A DNA stretch of 63,273 bases, the filler included, from Folioceros fuciformis (taxonomy: Eukaryota), in the NCBI GenBank assembly GCA_049999805.1. It is 7 parts of 7 records of this genome, joined end to end, with 100 filler letters (N's around TTAATTAATTAA, not from the genome) between each part and the next. Parts side by side here need not be neighbours in the genome. Positions count along the whole stretch, not along the records: positions 58,839 to 63,273 come from JBNGIO010004187.1; 6 more parts are not named here. One strand, given 5' to 3'. The notes beneath the pieces were generated by a model, which searched no databases, was not told the origin of the DNA, and saw nothing but the letters and a program-made list of their open reading frames with translations. Positions 62,701-63,273 of the stretch are shown piece by piece (position 1 is the first letter of the stretch; every line of letters starts with the position of its first letter). The translations under genes and the position numbers were made by a program.

Positions 62701-63273
62701 CCCTTCAAACATGTGCACGGGCACTCCAATCTGATCGCCGTCTGGCGTGTGGATGGAATCGCCCAGGCAAACTTAGACCAGATTTCAAGTGCGCGTTCAA
62801 AAGAAACATGTCCGTCCGTAAGCTGAACTGCCATCCCCGATACTGCAGGGTCTCGAATCTGCGCCGTCGCACCGAGTTAACCACTATTAGGCACGCCGAA
62901 ATGGTCGCCCAGGCGTGCGCACTAGCAGGCGCCCATCAAATTTCGTCCGCGCCCGTGAATTTGCAAGCGCACATGCGAGAGAAACAGCTGTTCCTTGCTG
63001 GCGCCTCAAAGGAACGCGCGTGCGGTGCCATAACAGGCACACACGTGCAAACCTGGCGCGCGTGTGTGCGTACAAGCACGGCGTGGCTAGACAGGTCCGG
63101 ATTTGGTCGTGCTACATCATGAATTGCATGCATGTAGGTGCGCGATCCCGTGGGAACCTTGCTATGATACCAAAGAAAAGTTTTATGAAAAAAGAGGAGA
63201 AGTCGTTAGATGCACGGACACCTTATATGCATCCGGCAGTTAGGGTTCCAAGCTTTAGGACATATTGTATTTG

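Overview
This is a eukaryotic, land-plant draft-assembly window made of seven pieces. They are joined by artificial N44-TTAATTAATTAA-N44 linkers, so neighbours across a linker are not real neighbours. Recognisable host genes are an intronless SKU5/SKS multicopper oxidase, a 10-exon organellar cysteine synthase (OASTL), shugoshin, a 2-exon F-box protein, a DsbA/thioredoxin-fold protein and an LRL-type bHLH. There is also a head-to-head pair (a PIH1-domain gene and a small RIIa/Dpy-30-like gene, possibly both flagellar, hinting at a non-seed plant) and a small 'LPxRGxIK' protein. Pseudogene fragments of threonyl-tRNA synthetase and SAR1 are present. Much of the remainder is decayed, partly nested Ty1/Copia sequence and LTRs. 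The standout is a decayed Ty3/Gypsy retrotransposon (53525-58738). Its pol region carries a C5 cytosine DNA methyltransferase domain (motifs I-VI and VIII-X readable) between protease and RT, plus a PHD finger after the integrase. All calls come from reading the sequence and translations by eye; no database searches were run.
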